64,000 bases of DNA from an uncultured Candidatus Thioglobus sp. (GCA_000205985.2 GG730003.1:39-64038); one strand, 5' to 3'; shown: positions 1 to 10,742, numbered from the stretch's first letter. Notes: a model not told the origin generated them from the sequence alone. Numbers and translations are program-made.

Positions 1-42
1 TGTTTTTAGCTCTCCTCCATAATCAATGAATAGTCTGGCTCG

Positions 43-1884
43 CTAAGCCAATGGAAAGACCTTTGTATGGCTTTGTGGCGCAGCGTTGGATGTCATGACC
101 AAATTACGGTTCTTAAATCCAATCTCACGACCATTGGCATCCGTTAATTTACCATGATCCATTACTTGCCAATAGTAAGTAAAAATATCTGGATGTGCTT
201 TTTCAATCTCATCAAGTAGTAATACAGCGTATGGATTACTGTTAACTGCTTCGGTTAATAGGCCTCCTTCGTCATAGCCTACGTAACCCGGTGGGGAGCC
301 GATTAGTTTGGAAATTGAATGGCGCTCCATGTATTCACTCATGTCAAAGCGCAATAATTTCACACCCATGATGCGTGCTAATTGCTTACAAATTTCAGTT
401 TTACCTACGCCTGTAGGGCCGGCAAATAAGAATGATCCCATTGGTTTATCAACTTGTGCCAAGCCCGAACGTGATAACTTGATAGAAGTAGATAAACTTT
501 CTACCGCATCATTCTGACCGAACACACCAAGCTTAAGCTCGGACTCTAGATTTTTAAGTAACGACTTATCATCATTGGTAACCTGCCTTGATGGAATGCG
601 TGCAAGCTTGGCAATAATATTTTCAATATCAGCAACGTTAATGTTTATTTTTCGTTTTGATTTGGGTTGAATTTGTTGCAATGCACCCACTTCATCAATC
701 ACATCAATAGCCTTATCGGGTAATCGACGGTCGGTTATATAGCGATGTGAAAGCTCAGCGGCACAGGTTAGTGCCGCGGTAGAGTACTTAACCTTGTGAT
801 GATCTTGGTAGTATTTTTTAAGGCCGTGTAAGATCTTAACCGTATCATCCACGGAGGGCTCATCAATGTCAATTTTCTGGAAACGGCGCGTGAGCGCGTG
901 GTCTTTTTCAAACACTCTTCGATACTCTTCATACGTGGTTGAACCCATGCATCTAAGTGTACCATCAGCCAAAGCAGGTTTAAGTAGATTCGACGCATCT
1001 AACGAGCCACCTGAAACACTACCTGCACCAATTAGCGTGTGAATTTCATCAATAAACAAAATTGCGTGTGGTATTTTTTCCAAATCAGTCAGTACAGCTT
1101 TTAAACGCTTTTCAAAATCACCGCGATATTTAGTACCCGCAATCAATACACCGATATCAAGCGAATAAATACTAGCCTCTTTAAGTACTTCTGGCACTTT
1201 TCCATCGATAATTTTTTTGGCAATTCCTTCGGCAATAGCTGTTTTACCAACGCCTGCCTGACCCACAAATAGCGGATTATTTTTTCGCCTCCTAGACAAC
1301 ACTTGTACCGTGCGTGTTACTTCTTCTTCTCTACCGAGTAAAGGATCGATCTTTCCTTGGCGAGCTTTATCGCACAAATTAGAGGTGTAAGCTTCCAGCG
1401 CTGATTTTTTGGATTTCTTATTATTATTTTCTATTCTCGGCTTCTCTTCAGTCGATTCTGGCATTTGCGTTGAAACACCTTCCATCACATCCAAACGAGA
1501 AATATTATTGAGCTTTAGTAAATAAACCGCATGAGATTCTTTTTCAGAAAAAATACTCACCAACACATTCATGGCATAAACAGTGGTTTTTTGTGCTGAT
1601 TGCGCTTGATAAACACTGCGCTGTAATACACGCTGAAAACCTACTGTGGGTACAATATCAATCTCAGAATCTTGTGCAATGAGCGGTGTATGTGAATCAA
1701 TGTATTCTTCTAACTCCGCTCTAAGCTCATCAACATTGACACGCTTATTACGCAAAAAAGTAATAATCTCATCAATATTAAGCAACGCCAAAAGCAAATG
1801 CTCGACAGTAACAAACTCTAAACGATTATTTCTCGCCTGAGTCATGACAAAATTAATCTCTTGTTGTAGCCCTGTTTCAATCAT
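43..1884 (-). CDS. clpA: ATP-dependent Clp protease ATP-binding subunit ClpA; reading frame interrupted near its 3' end
   Basis: The 613-aa ORF has a Clp N-domain and two AAA+ modules (Walker A GQAGVGKT and GPTGVGKT). It stops at 43-45, about 140 aa short of typical ClpA. The expected NAG...SIGL continuation is readable in another frame (approx 30-85). Confidence 0.9.
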   Translation of the reverse strand: MIETGLQQEINFVMTQARNNRLEFVTVEHLLLALLNIDEIITFLRNKRVNVDELRAELEEYIDSHTPLIAQDSEIDIVPTVGFQRVLQRSVYQAQSAQKTTVYAMNVLVSIFSEKESHAVYLLKLNNISRLDVMEGVSTQMPESTEEKPRIENNNKKSKKSALEAYTSNLCDKARQGKIDPLLGREEEVTRTVQVLSRRRKNNPLFVGQAGVGKTAIAEGIAKKIIDGKVPEVLKEASIYSLDIGVLIAGTKYRGDFEKRLKAVLTDLEKIPHAILFIDEIHTLIGAGSVSGGSLDASNLLKPALADGTLRCMGSTTYEEYRRVFEKDHALTRRFQKIDIDEPSVDDTVKILHGLKKYYQDHHKVKYSTAALTCAAELSHRYITDRRLPDKAIDVIDEVGALQQIQPKSKRKININVADIENIIAKLARIPSRQVTNDDKSLLKNLESELKLGVFGQNDAVESLSTSIKLSRSGLAQVDKPMGSFLFAGPTGVGKTEICKQLARIMGVKLLRFDMSEYMERHSISKLIGSPPGYVGYDEGGLLTEAVNSNPYAVLLLDEIEKAHPDIFTYYWQVMDHGKLTDANGREIGFKNRNLVMTSNAAPQSHTKVFPLA

Positions 1885-1919
1885 AAAAAGTATCCTCTTA
1901 TCTATTTTATTATTATACG

Positions 1920-2219
1920 CTAAGCCTTTAATTCACGAATAACACACATCAACGGTTGTTCTTTTTTTCTTGAAAAATCAATTACTTGTGAAACCTTTGT
2001 TTGTGCAATGTCATGTGGATAAACACCGCAAATTCCCTCACCTTCCAAATGAATTTTTAGCATAATCGCTTGCGCTGCCTCTTCACTTTTTGAAAAAAAT
2101 TTCGTTAAAACTTCAACCACAAAATCCATGGTTGTGTAATCATCATTGAGCAACAATACCTGAAAACGATTCGGTTTTTTAACTTTAGGCTTGGTATTTT
2201 GAGCTAAGGTTTGTGCCAT
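1920..2219 (-). CDS. clpS: ATP-dependent Clp protease adaptor ClpS
   Basis: Conserved ClpS core ([20 protein letters not shown]...A..IML.IH..G.GICGVY). It lies immediately upstream of clpA. Start moved to the ATG at 2219 (MAQTLAQ). Confidence 0.9.
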   Translation of the reverse strand: MAQTLAQNTKPKVKKPNRFQVLLLNDDYTTMDFVVEVLTKFFSKSEEAAQAIMLKIHLEGEGICGVYPHDIAQTKVSQVIDFSRKKEQPLMCVIRELKA

Positions 2220-2220
2220 A

Positions 2221-3303
2221 TTACCTTGTTGAAACTCGACGAAGCATAAAAATAGCAAGCACAAATACCACTATCGTTGGCAAAGAGGCACTCAGTAAAT
2301 GATTCAAATCAAATCTTAGTGAAATCATGCCACCCAGCCTAGATGATAGTTCAAAAAATAAACTGATGACCACACCTGTAAAAATCTTGCGCCCTAATGA
2401 TGAATCTCTGAGCGACCCAAATACAAAAGGAAGGGCAAGGATAATCATGGCGATTAACGTTAATGGTTTCATGATTCGCTGATAAAGCTCTACCTCGTAA
2501 ATATCTGCAGACAAGTCATTGTTGGATAAAAACTGAACACGCCTAAATAATTGCCAAGTTGAAAATTCTTTCGGCTCTTTTTTTAACGACTTAATTAACT
2601 CCTGGTCAAAAGCCACTTCAGTAAGATATTGTTGCAAAGTTTTTTGATCTATTGCTGCAAACTCTTGATCGGAATTAATTTGATGATAATTTGATTTTTG
2701 TAAAACCATGTTTTTTCCATCAAAAACAGCTTTATCGCTATAAACAACGGAATCCAGTGTGCTGGGCGTATTTAAATTAATCAAAGTAATTTTTTCGAAA
2801 ATTCTACCATCAATGTTTTTATCAACCTGAATAAAATTATTACCATCTCTTAACCAAAATCCTTGTTGACTCGAACTAATCACACTTTCACCTAACGCTT
2901 GAGCACGATATTTTTTTGCATAATCAGAAAATAAAGGTGAGATAAACTCTCCAAAAATAATCATAATAACGATAAAAACAAGGCTTACTTTAAGTGTTGT
3001 TTTGGTGATTTCTACTACTGAAATACCCGCACCACGCATAATGATCAGCTCGCTATTACCAGCTAAATAACCCAAACCTAAAATACAACCAAGCAAGATA
3101 ATCAACGAAGACAGCGCATAAACTATAGAAGGGATTAAGAGTCCAACGTAGGCCAAGGCATCAAACAGTGTGTAGCTAGCACGACCAATATCACCCACCT
3201 CTTCCAAGAATTTAAAAAATGCAAAAATCCCTACCAACACTACCATAACGGATAAAGAATACTTCAGCAGTGTTTTAGCAATGTAGCGGTCTAAAATTTT
3301 CAT
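2221..3303 (-). CDS. lptG: LPS export ABC transporter permease, YjgP/YjgQ family (LptG-like)
   Basis: Polytopic membrane ORF starting [10 protein letters not shown]. It has the typical LptF/LptG layout, with a periplasmic beta-jellyroll region between TM3 and TM4. The LptG versus LptF call is tentative. Confidence 0.6.
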   Translation of the reverse strand: MKILDRYIAKTLLKYSLSVMVVLVGIFAFFKFLEEVGDIGRASYTLFDALAYVGLLIPSIVYALSSLIILLGCILGLGYLAGNSELIIMRGAGISVVEITKTTLKVSLVFIVIMIIFGEFISPLFSDYAKKYRAQALGESVISSSQQGFWLRDGNNFIQVDKNIDGRIFEKITLINLNTPSTLDSVVYSDKAVFDGKNMVLQKSNYHQINSDQEFAAIDQKTLQQYLTEVAFDQELIKSLKKEPKEFSTWQLFRRVQFLSNNDLSADIYEVELYQRIMKPLTLIAMIILALPFVFGSLRDSSLGRKIFTGVVISLFFELSSRLGGMISLRFDLNHLLSASLPTIVVFVLAIFMLRRVSTR

Positions 3304-3338
3304 TAAAATACTAGGTTTACACAAAAGACATAGCTATT

Positions 3339-4916
3339 ATGACAAATATTCACAGCGACAAGATCTTAATTCTTGATTTTGGCTCTCAATATACGCAACT
3401 AATTGCTCGTCGTGTTAGGGAAATTGGCGTCTACTGTGAATTGTTTCCTTATGATGTGGATGTGGATTTTATTAAGGACTTCAACCCTAAAGGCATTATC
3501 TTATCTGGAGGCCCTGACACAGTAACCACGGATGACTCTGCTAGAGCGCCACAAATTGTTTTCGATCTTAGGGTGCCGATACTAGGTATTTGCTACGGCA
3601 TGCAGACCATGGCAATGCAACTCGGTGGCAAAGCTACCTCGGCTAATAAACACGAGTATGGCTTCGCACAAATTAAGTGTGAAGACGATGAATGTCATTT
3701 ATTCACTGATTTACGTGATGATACTCACGATGCAGGCAACGCCCTATTAGATGTATGGATGAGTCATGGCATTGAGGTTAATGAACTACCTAAAGACTTT
3801 AAGCTAATCGCATCAACGGATAATTGCGCCATTGCTGGTTTTGCTAATAGTAAAAAACACTATTATGGATTACAGTTCCATCCAGAAGTAACCCATACTA
3901 AACAAGGTACGCATATTTTAGATCGCTTCGTCAGTGGTATTTGCAAATGCGAAAAAAACTGGACCACTGATAACATCATCACTGATTTAATCGAAAATCT
4001 TAAGAATCAAGTCGGTAATAACAACGTATTACTAGGTTTATCGGGTGGTGTCGATTCATCGGTAGTGGCGGCATTGCTTCATCAAGCCGTTGGTAATCAA
4101 CTTACTTGTGTGTTTGTTGATAATGGCCTACTTCGTTTGAACGAAGGCGATGAGGTGATGCAAACTTTTGCTGACAACATGGGTGTAAAAGTCATTCGTG
4201 CTAACGCTCAAAAGAAGTTCTATGATGCACTGGCTGATGAAGCAGATCCTGAGAAAAAACGTAAAATCATTGGCGGTGCATTTATTGAGGTATTTGAAGA
4301 AGAAGCCAAAAATCTTGATAATATTAAATTCCTAGCTCAAGGCACGATTTATCCTGATGTAATTGAATCAGCCGGCGCTAAATCAGGAAAAGCTAAAGTA
4401 ATTAAATCACATCATAATGTGGGTGGTTTGCCGGAAGATTTAAAATTTGAATTAGTAGAGCCTTTAAAAGAATTGTTTAAAGATGAGGTGCGTACCATTG
4501 GCGTAAAACTTGGTATTCCTGCACACATGCTCTATCGACACCCTTTCCCGGGGCCTGGACTTGGTGTGCGTATCCTTGGTCAAGTGAAAGAAGAATATGC
4601 AAAAATCTTACGTGAGGCAGATGCGATCTTTATGGAAGAATTATACAATCATAATTTATACGATAAAGTCGATCAAGCCTTCACTGTATTCCTTCCAATA
4701 AAATCAGTTGGTGTCACTGGCGATGAAAGGCGCTATGATTACGTTGTAGCACTACGAGCCGTTGAAACCATTGACTTTATGACGGCTCGTTGGGCTCGAT
4801 TACCGTATGATTTCCTAGACTTTGTCTCCAATCGAATCATGAATGAAATCAATCGTGTCTCACGCGTAGTGTACGATATTTCTGGTAAACCACCGGCCAC
4901 CATTGAATGGGAATAG
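3339..4916 (+). CDS. guaA: GMP synthase (glutamine-hydrolysing)
   Basis: 525 aa. N-terminal class-I amidotransferase (GICYGMQ, HPE), ATP-PPase motif SGGVDSSV, and the conserved C-terminus PPATIEWE. Confidence 0.97.
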   Translation: MTNIHSDKILILDFGSQYTQLIARRVREIGVYCELFPYDVDVDFIKDFNPKGIILSGGPDTVTTDDSARAPQIVFDLRVPILGICYGMQTMAMQLGGKATSANKHEYGFAQIKCEDDECHLFTDLRDDTHDAGNALLDVWMSHGIEVNELPKDFKLIASTDNCAIAGFANSKKHYYGLQFHPEVTHTKQGTHILDRFVSGICKCEKNWTTDNIITDLIENLKNQVGNNNVLLGLSGGVDSSVVAALLHQAVGNQLTCVFVDNGLLRLNEGDEVMQTFADNMGVKVIRANAQKKFYDALADEADPEKKRKIIGGAFIEVFEEEAKNLDNIKFLAQGTIYPDVIESAGAKSGKAKVIKSHHNVGGLPEDLKFELVEPLKELFKDEVRTIGVKLGIPAHMLYRHPFPGPGLGVRILGQVKEEYAKILREADAIFMEELYNHNLYDKVDQAFTVFLPIKSVGVTGDERRYDYVVALRAVETIDFMTARWARLPYDFLDFVSNRIMNEINRVSRVVYDISGKPPATIEWE

Positions 4917-5377
4917 ACTCATCATTAGATGAAAAATGGATGAAGATTGCTTTGGAGCAGGCAAGGTTTGCTCAGGCAAAAAACGAGGTTCCGGTAGGTG
5001 CGATTTTAGTGAAAAATGATCAACTGATTGCTAGTGCGCATAATCAACCTATTTCTAACAATGATCCGACTGCTCATGCAGAAATTCAATTATTACGCGT
5101 GGCGGGAAAGAGGCTAAATAATTATCGCCTACCGAATACAACTTTGTATGTAACTCTAGAGCCTTGCACGATGTGCTTGGGTGCAATGATTCATGCGCGA
5201 GTATCGCGTGTCGTATTTGGTGCTTATGATAAGAAAACCGGTGTTTGTGGTTCGTGCCAAGACTTGGTAACAAGTAAGTGCTTTAACCATCAACTGCAAG
5301 CGCAAGGGGGCATTCTTGAGAGTGAATGCTCAAGCCTGATTTCTCAATTTTTTAAAAATCGTAGAAAAGGCAATTAG
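4907..5377 (+). CDS. tadA: tRNA adenosine(34) deaminase TadA
   Basis: CMP/dCMP deaminase zinc motifs HAE and PCxxC ([11 protein letters not shown]). Size is typical of TadA. Confidence 0.9.
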   Translation: MGIDSSLDEKWMKIALEQARFAQAKNEVPVGAILVKNDQLIASAHNQPISNNDPTAHAEIQLLRVAGKRLNNYRLPNTTLYVTLEPCTMCLGAMIHARVSRVVFGAYDKKTGVCGSCQDLVTSKCFNHQLQAQGGILESECSSLISQFFKNRRKGN

Positions 5378-5519
5378 TCACCGTAATGACTCCACATCCT
5401 TAGTATTCTAACCACTTTATATAGCAATCTTGGAATATTTTATTTTTTAGCTAGGTAAAATTTACATCTTATAAGACTGTGGGGATTCTTTATTTTTTAT
5501 TATTTAAAGAGGCCCTTAA

Positions 5520-7058
5520 ATGCGACAAATTATTTTTATATCTATTATTTTTCTTTCAACTCAAGCCCTATCCGAAAACACTTCAACGGGTACTAACGCA
5601 TTGCTCAATAACACCACAGGCAGTAAAAATGTGGCGGTTGGTGATTCTGCAATGAAGAGCAATACCAGTGGTCTTAACAATACAGCCGTTGGTTATTTTG
5701 GACTGCGAAATAACACTACTGGTAAACAAAATACAGCGGTGGGTAGCTACTCTTTACGTTATAACACCACTGGTGACGACAACACGGCTGTTGGTTTTGA
5801 GTCTTTAAAATACAACACCACGGGCGATAAAAATACCGCGGTGGGTAATTACGCCTTACAAGATAATACCAGTGGAACCAGCAACACTTCTATTGGTAAT
5901 TACGCTTTATCAGACAACACTGTAGGCGATAAAAATACTGCTGTCGGTAACTATTCTATGAGGTCTAATTCATCAGGTAATGACAATACATCAATGGGTA
6001 ATTACGCCATGCGTGATAATATTTCAGGCTCGGATAATACCGCCAATGGTAATTACGCTCTTAGGAACAATACTTCAGGATCCAACAATACAGCGCTTGG
6101 CAACCAAAGCATGAAAGCCAATACCACTGGTGGTTCTAATACTGCCATTGGCGACGATGCCCAACTCAGTAACACTACTGGTTCGTACAACGTATCGGTT
6201 GGTAATGCTGCACTGAGCAGCGCTAATGGCGATACTAATACTGCTGTTGGTTACCGAGCGGGTTACACTAACACGGCTGGATCTGGCAATGTCATGATTG
6301 GTCATAAGGCTGGTTACAATGAGACTGGATCTGATAAGTTGTATATCTCAAACAGCGATACTGCATCGCCACTTATTTATGGTGATTTTGCCACACAGGA
6401 GGTAACTATCAATGGTAACCTAATCATCAACACCTTAAAAGACAGTAGTGGTAATAGTATGATTCGCACAGTTGGCAATGTTGTGCACATTGGTAAAAAT
6501 TCCGTCACCTTAGAAGACGCTTCCACTACCAGTAGTGGCAAGGATGAAATTGCATCCAGTAACAATGATTTACAAATTGGTACCAGCACCTCACACAGTA
6601 CGACCATTAAAGGCACACTGAGCGTACAAGCGCCAACTTCGGCCAATCATGCCACCACAAAAACTTATGTTGATGATCTTACCACAAGTAATACTAACAA
6701 CATATCAAGCAATTCATCAGATATCAGTTCAATCAATACTACTAACACAACGCAAAACACCTCAATTACTAATAATACGAACAGCATTGATAGCAACCTA
6801 GGCTTGATCAATAACAACACGGCAGATATTAATAAAATGAAAAATGGCCTAGCTCAAGTGGCTGCAATGACTGGAGTTACCGCTGCTAGCAACGGGAAGT
6901 CGCACATTAGTATTGCGTTGGGAAGCTATGAAGGCACATCCGCCATTGCTTATGGCGCTTCTCATCATGACGATGAGAATGATATTTTATATTTACTACA
7001 AGGATCTAGATCAGGCAATACTTCAAGCTCTGTGCTTTCAGTTGGATTTAGTTTTTAA
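5520..7058 (+). CDS. YadA-like trimeric-autotransporter-type adhesin (head repeats plus C-terminal anchor)
   Basis: Signal peptide, then about 18 tandem degenerate 14-aa repeats (NTAVGxxALxxNTTGxx, Hep_Hag/YadA-head type), a Ser/Thr/Asn-rich stalk, and a C-terminal YadA-anchor-like segment (GLAQVAAMTG...ALGSYEG..AIAYG...SVGFSF) ending in an aromatic residue. Confidence 0.8.
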   Translation: MRQIIFISIIFLSTQALSENTSTGTNALLNNTTGSKNVAVGDSAMKSNTSGLNNTAVGYFGLRNNTTGKQNTAVGSYSLRYNTTGDDNTAVGFESLKYNTTGDKNTAVGNYALQDNTSGTSNTSIGNYALSDNTVGDKNTAVGNYSMRSNSSGNDNTSMGNYAMRDNISGSDNTANGNYALRNNTSGSNNTALGNQSMKANTTGGSNTAIGDDAQLSNTTGSYNVSVGNAALSSANGDTNTAVGYRAGYTNTAGSGNVMIGHKAGYNETGSDKLYISNSDTASPLIYGDFATQEVTINGNLIINTLKDSSGNSMIRTVGNVVHIGKNSVTLEDASTTSSGKDEIASSNNDLQIGTSTSHSTTIKGTLSVQAPTSANHATTKTYVDDLTTSNTNNISSNSSDISSINTTNTTQNTSITNNTNSIDSNLGLINNNTADINKMKNGLAQVAAMTGVTAASNGKSHISIALGSYEGTSAIAYGASHHDDENDILYLLQGSRSGNTSSSVLSVGFSF

Positions 7059-7120
7059 TAATTTAGTATGCGACCAAGTAGAAAATGGATTTAACAACGA
7101 AATACGTAAAAAGAAGTGGC

Positions 7121-7867
7121 TCAAACCGTGTACATACCGCCATTAACGTGGATAGTTTGTGCTGTCACATACGCTCCAGCATCGCTCGCTAAGAATAGTA
7201 CCGTACCAGCAATTTCATCCACCGTACCTAATCTACCCATTGGTATTTGTGAGGCTAATGTTTCTTTTTGTTCTTCAGGTAGGGCATCAGTCATATCGGT
7301 TTTGATAAAACCGGGTGCTACGCTATTCACCGTAATGCCACGTGCACCAACTTCACGCGCTAGTGATTTAGTAAAGCCCATAATCCCAGCTTTAGCGGCA
7401 GCGTAATTGGTTTGCCCAGCATTACCCATCGCACCTACAACAGAGGCAATAGAAATAATACGACCCGCACGTTTTTTCATCATACCGCGTAGTACCGATT
7501 TTGACATTTTATAAACCGAAGCTAAGTTAGTATTCATAATATCATCCCACTCATCTTCTTTCATGCGCATCAAAAGATTATCACGAGTGATGCCGGCGTT
7601 GTTAATTAAGATATCAACTACACCATAGTTGTCAACAATGTTTTTCATTACATCAGCAATCTGATCGTTATCGGTAACATTAAGTGCCATACCTTGTCCG
7701 GATACGCCATTATCTTTAAGTGTGGCACTAATTGCATCTGCACCCTTGTCGCTGGTTGCTGTACCGATAACGATAGCGCCCGCATTGCCTAAAGACAGAG
7801 CGATGGCTTGGCCGATGCCACGGCTTGCACCAGTGACCAATACAATTTTTCCATTTAAATCTGACAT
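7121..7867 (-). CDS. fabG: 3-oxoacyl-ACP reductase FabG
   Basis: 248-aa SDR with TGASRGIG, NNAG and YxxxK (YAAAKAG). It directly follows fabD. Confidence 0.95.
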   Translation of the reverse strand: MSDLNGKIVLVTGASRGIGQAIALSLGNAGAIVIGTATSDKGADAISATLKDNGVSGQGMALNVTDNDQIADVMKNIVDNYGVVDILINNAGITRDNLLMRMKEDEWDDIMNTNLASVYKMSKSVLRGMMKKRAGRIISIASVVGAMGNAGQTNYAAAKAGIMGFTKSLAREVGARGITVNSVAPGFIKTDMTDALPEEQKETLASQIPMGRLGTVDEIAGTVLFLASDAGAYVTAQTIHVNGGMYTV

Positions 7868-8796
7868 TATTTAATCTCCTCTAAAGTCGTTACAATATTG
7901 GCTGAATCAAGCACAGCATTTGCAGATAATGATTTTTCAATTCTTCTTGTTAAACCAGCCAATACCTTACCTGGACCTGACTCAACTAACTTCTCAACAC
8001 CCATATTATGCATGACTTTTACAGTGCCTGTCCATAATACTGGCTTGTGTAATTGGGCAACTAGTTTTGCTTTTATATCGCTAGTGTCTGTTGCTTTGGC
8101 CGCATCAACGTTATGCAATACATCAACGTCACCCATGCTAAATCTGACCGCCTCTACCGCATTAGCAAACACTGTTGCCGCATCATCCATCAACGAACAA
8201 TGCGAAGGTACACTCACTGGCAATATTACAGCACGTTTAGCACCTGCGGCTTTCATGGCTTCGCAAGTCGCGTCAACGGCTTCCTTGTTACCAGCAACCA
8301 CCACTTGTCCATTAGAATTAAAGTTTACTGCTTCAACAATGCCTTCACCAGTGTAATCGGCACATACTTTAACCACCACTTCATCTTCCAAGCCTAAAAT
8401 AGCTGCCATTGCACCTACGCCAGCTGGAACGGCTGACTGCATAAGCTCTGCTCGCGTACGAACCAGCTTAATACCATCAGTAAACCCAAGTGAGCCTGAA
8501 GCCACTAATGCAGTGTACTCACCCAAAGAGTGTCCCGCCATACAAATAGGAGATAATTCAGTTTCACTAGTTAGCGCTCTATAGGTTGCGTAGCCAGCAG
8601 CTAGCATCGCAGGTTGTGTGTTTTGTGTTTGATTAAGCGCCTCTTGATCTTCTTGAGTTAATGCCCAAAGATCAAACCCTAATGCATCAGAGGCTTCGGT
8701 AAAAACTTCTTTAACAATGGGAAAATTATCAGATAAGTCTGATAGCATGCCGAGTGATTGCGAGCCTTGACCTGGAAAAACGATTGCGTATTTCAT
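7867..8796 (-). CDS. fabD: ACP S-malonyltransferase FabD
   Basis: 309 aa with FPGQGSQ and GHSLGEY active-site motifs. Confidence 0.95.
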   Translation of the reverse strand: MKYAIVFPGQGSQSLGMLSDLSDNFPIVKEVFTEASDALGFDLWALTQEDQEALNQTQNTQPAMLAAGYATYRALTSETELSPICMAGHSLGEYTALVASGSLGFTDGIKLVRTRAELMQSAVPAGVGAMAAILGLEDEVVVKVCADYTGEGIVEAVNFNSNGQVVVAGNKEAVDATCEAMKAAGAKRAVILPVSVPSHCSLMDDAATVFANAVEAVRFSMGDVDVLHNVDAAKATDTSDIKAKLVAQLHKPVLWTGTVKVMHNMGVEKLVESGPGKVLAGLTRRIEKSLSANAVLDSANIVTTLEEIK

Positions 8797-8934
8797 AATA
8801 AAGTTAAAGAGTAAACAAAAAACAATTCTATTTTATCTTTTTAAATCTTATGGAAAATTAAAATAAACAAATTAATATCTATTTGTAAAATTGATATGAT
8901 AGAATGATAAGTAAAAACTAAATGAGACAATATT

Positions 8935-9183
8935 ATGATTAATGCAACACTAGCGCAAATGAGGAATTCAGAAAAATTTTTTAAAACTGATGAGGTAATT
9001 CATATCATTAATGGCAGAAAGAAACAACAATTAGGTTTTTTTGTGCCAGAAAAATTACGTGAAGAATTTAAACCTTTTCTACAAAAAATTGAGGATGATA
9101 AAAATATGAATGCCTTAAAACTAGCCGCAGAAGCACAAGCAATGGATCCTATTGGAGATAGTACTATAGGGGACGGTATTTGA
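8935..9183 (+). CDS. Putative antitoxin of the downstream MazF/PemK-like toxin (family unclear, not AbrB/MazE-like by eye)
   Basis: The 82-aa ORF overlaps the toxin start by 4 nt (ATGA-type coupling). It has an acidic C-terminus. No confident family assignment. Confidence 0.55.
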   Translation: MINATLAQMRNSEKFFKTDEVIHIINGRKKQQLGFFVPEKLREEFKPFLQKIEDDKNMNALKLAAEAQAMDPIGDSTIGDGI

Positions 9184-9506
9184 ACAAAGGTGATATTTAT
9201 TTAGTGGATTTTAATCCCGCTAAAGGCGGAGAAATCGGAAAACTTAGACCTGCGGTTGTTATGAGTGGATCTAAAGAAAATTCAATATTTCAAACAGTAA
9301 TTGTCATGCCTCTATCAACAATCATTGTTAAAGATAACTTACCTTATCGGTTTCTAATAACAAAGCGTGATCAGTTAAAGCTTGACTCTGATGCTTGTAT
9401 TTACGAAATTAGGGCTTTATCAAAAACAAGACTTAAAGAAAAAATAGCTTCAATTAACAAAATTGAGATGCGCACCATTAAAGACTCTCTGTGCCAATTG
9501 GTTTAA
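9180..9506 (+). CDS. Type II toxin, MazF/PemK-family endoribonuclease
   Basis: 108 aa. GDIYLVDFNPAKGGEIGKLRPAVV is the canonical PemK/MazF N-terminal motif. Confidence 0.85.
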   Translation: MNKGDIYLVDFNPAKGGEIGKLRPAVVMSGSKENSIFQTVIVMPLSTIIVKDNLPYRFLITKRDQLKLDSDACIYEIRALSKTRLKEKIASINKIEMRTIKDSLCQLV

Positions 9507-9512
9507 GTAAAT

Positions 9513-9540
9513 AAAAAAAAGCGCCAGTAAGGCGCTTTTT
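9513..9540. terminator. Bidirectional rho-independent terminator between the toxin gene and rpmA
   Basis: A-run, GCGCC-agtaa-GGCGC stem-loop, then T-run. It lies between convergent genes. Confidence 0.7.
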
Positions 9541-9561
9541 AAAATAATACTTGGTTATGAA

Positions 9562-9819
9562 CTATGCAACTTCAATTGAAACGTACTGACGCATAAACTT
9601 ACCTTTCTTGGCAAAAACCACCTTACCATCTGCAGTTGCAAACAACGTGTCGTCTTTACCTTTACGAACGTTTGTGCCCGGATGAAATTTAGTGCCTCTT
9701 TGACGCACTAAGATATTACCCGCTAAAACAACTTGACCACCAAATCTTTTTACACCTAGGCGTTTTGATACGGAGTCTCTACCGTTATTAGTACTGCCGC
9801 CTGCTTTTTTGTGTGCCAT
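9562..9819 (-). CDS. rpmA: 50S ribosomal protein L27
   Basis: [16 protein letters not shown]... is the canonical L27 N-terminus. Confidence 0.97.
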   Translation of the reverse strand: MAHKKAGGSTNNGRDSVSKRLGVKRFGGQVVLAGNILVRQRGTKFHPGTNVRKGKDDTLFATADGKVVFAKKGKFMRQYVSIEVA

Positions 9820-9830
9820 GGGTTATTCTC

Positions 9831-10142
9831 CTATGCCTTAATTTTTGTGATTTCAATCTCAGTAAACAACTGTCTATGGCCTTGTTGCTTCATTGAATGC
9901 TTACGACGACGGAACTTTAAAATGTGTACTTTTTTCCCTTTGCCTTGTGAGATCACCTTTGCTTCAACCGTAGCCTTAGCAACCATTGGCGCTCCAATCT
10001 GAACTTTATCACCATCAGCAACCATCAGCACTTCTTTAAAAGTCACTTTTTTGCCGGGTTCAACTTCTAACTTCTCAACCTTTAGTGTTACACCTTCCGA
10101 TACTCTAAACTGTTGACCACCTGTTTTAATAACTGCGTACAT
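9831..10142 (-). CDS. rplU: 50S ribosomal protein L21
   Basis: [14 protein letters not shown]... is canonical L21. It lies upstream of rpmA. Confidence 0.97.
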   Translation of the reverse strand: MYAVIKTGGQQFRVSEGVTLKVEKLEVEPGKKVTFKEVLMVADGDKVQIGAPMVAKATVEAKVISQGKGKKVHILKFRRRKHSMKQQGHRQLFTEIEITKIKA

Positions 10143-10254
10143 AATAAATCCTAAATAGGCTTACCAAAAAGAAAGCAATTATACGCGAACGAGTGCCTTT
10201 ATGAAAGGATGTTTTAAGTATAATTTGTGTTTTTATTCGAACGGACTTGAAACA

Positions 10255-10740
10255 ATGATTATTTTTGAAACCAACATGGGCAATATTCACATTAACGTTG
10301 ATGCAGACAAGGCGCCCATCAGTGCTCAGAACTTTATTGACTACGTGAATGATGGCTTTTATGATGATACAATTTTTCATCGTGTGATTGAAAATTTCAT
10401 GATTCAAGGTGGTGGTTTTACTGAGGACATGAGTCAAAAATCAACCAAGGCTGAAATTGAAAATGAGGCAAAAAATGGTTTGAAAAATTCCAAATACACA
10501 CTGGCTATGGCTAGAACCGCGGCTCCGCACTCTGCTAGCTCACAATTTTTTATCAATACAACGGATAATTTGTTTTTAGATTTTCCAGGCCAAGATGGCT
10601 GGGGTTACTGTGTGTTTGGTGAAGTGGTTGAGGGTTTTGATATTGTGGATAAAATCAACCAAGTAACGACCGGCAACAAAGCTGGACATGGCGATGTGCC
10701 TGATGATTCTGTCACTGTTACCAAAGCATACGTTCAGTAA
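10255..10740 (+). CDS. ppiB: Peptidyl-prolyl cis-trans isomerase B (cyclophilin type)
   Basis: Cyclophilin motifs FHRVI.NFMIQGGGF and SQFFIN. Start moved to MIIFETNMG. ppiB-lpxH synteny. Confidence 0.9.
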   Translation: MIIFETNMGNIHINVDADKAPISAQNFIDYVNDGFYDDTIFHRVIENFMIQGGGFTEDMSQKSTKAEIENEAKNGLKNSKYTLAMARTAAPHSASSQFFINTTDNLFLDFPGQDGWGYCVFGEVVEGFDIVDKINQVTTGNKAGHGDVPDDSVTVTKAYVQ

Positions 10741-10742
10741 AC

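Noticed and set aside
308-1840. Plus-strand ORFs 308-517 and 1646-1840, and minus-strand ORF 768-998, inside clpA
   Set aside because: They are embedded in, or out of frame with, a strongly supported clpA reading frame. They have low-complexity translations and no motifs, so they are shadow ORFs.
5640-6300. Regularly spaced ~42-nt repeats that could superficially resemble a repeat-spacer array
   Set aside because: They lie in-frame inside one long ORF and encode the 14-aa YadA-head repeat. The repeats are degenerate at the DNA level with no unique spacers, so this is not CRISPR.
7116-8397. Plus-strand ORFs 7116-7406, 7898-8356 and 8113-8397, antisense to fabG/fabD
   Set aside because: They are antisense shadows of high-confidence genes. 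The Ala/Ser/Thr-rich translations are typical of reverse-frame artefacts.
10126-10437. 103-aa minus-strand ORF overlapping the ppiB start and the rplU upstream region
   Set aside because: No motifs. It overlaps the well-supported ppiB on the opposite strand, and its composition is that of AT-rich noise.
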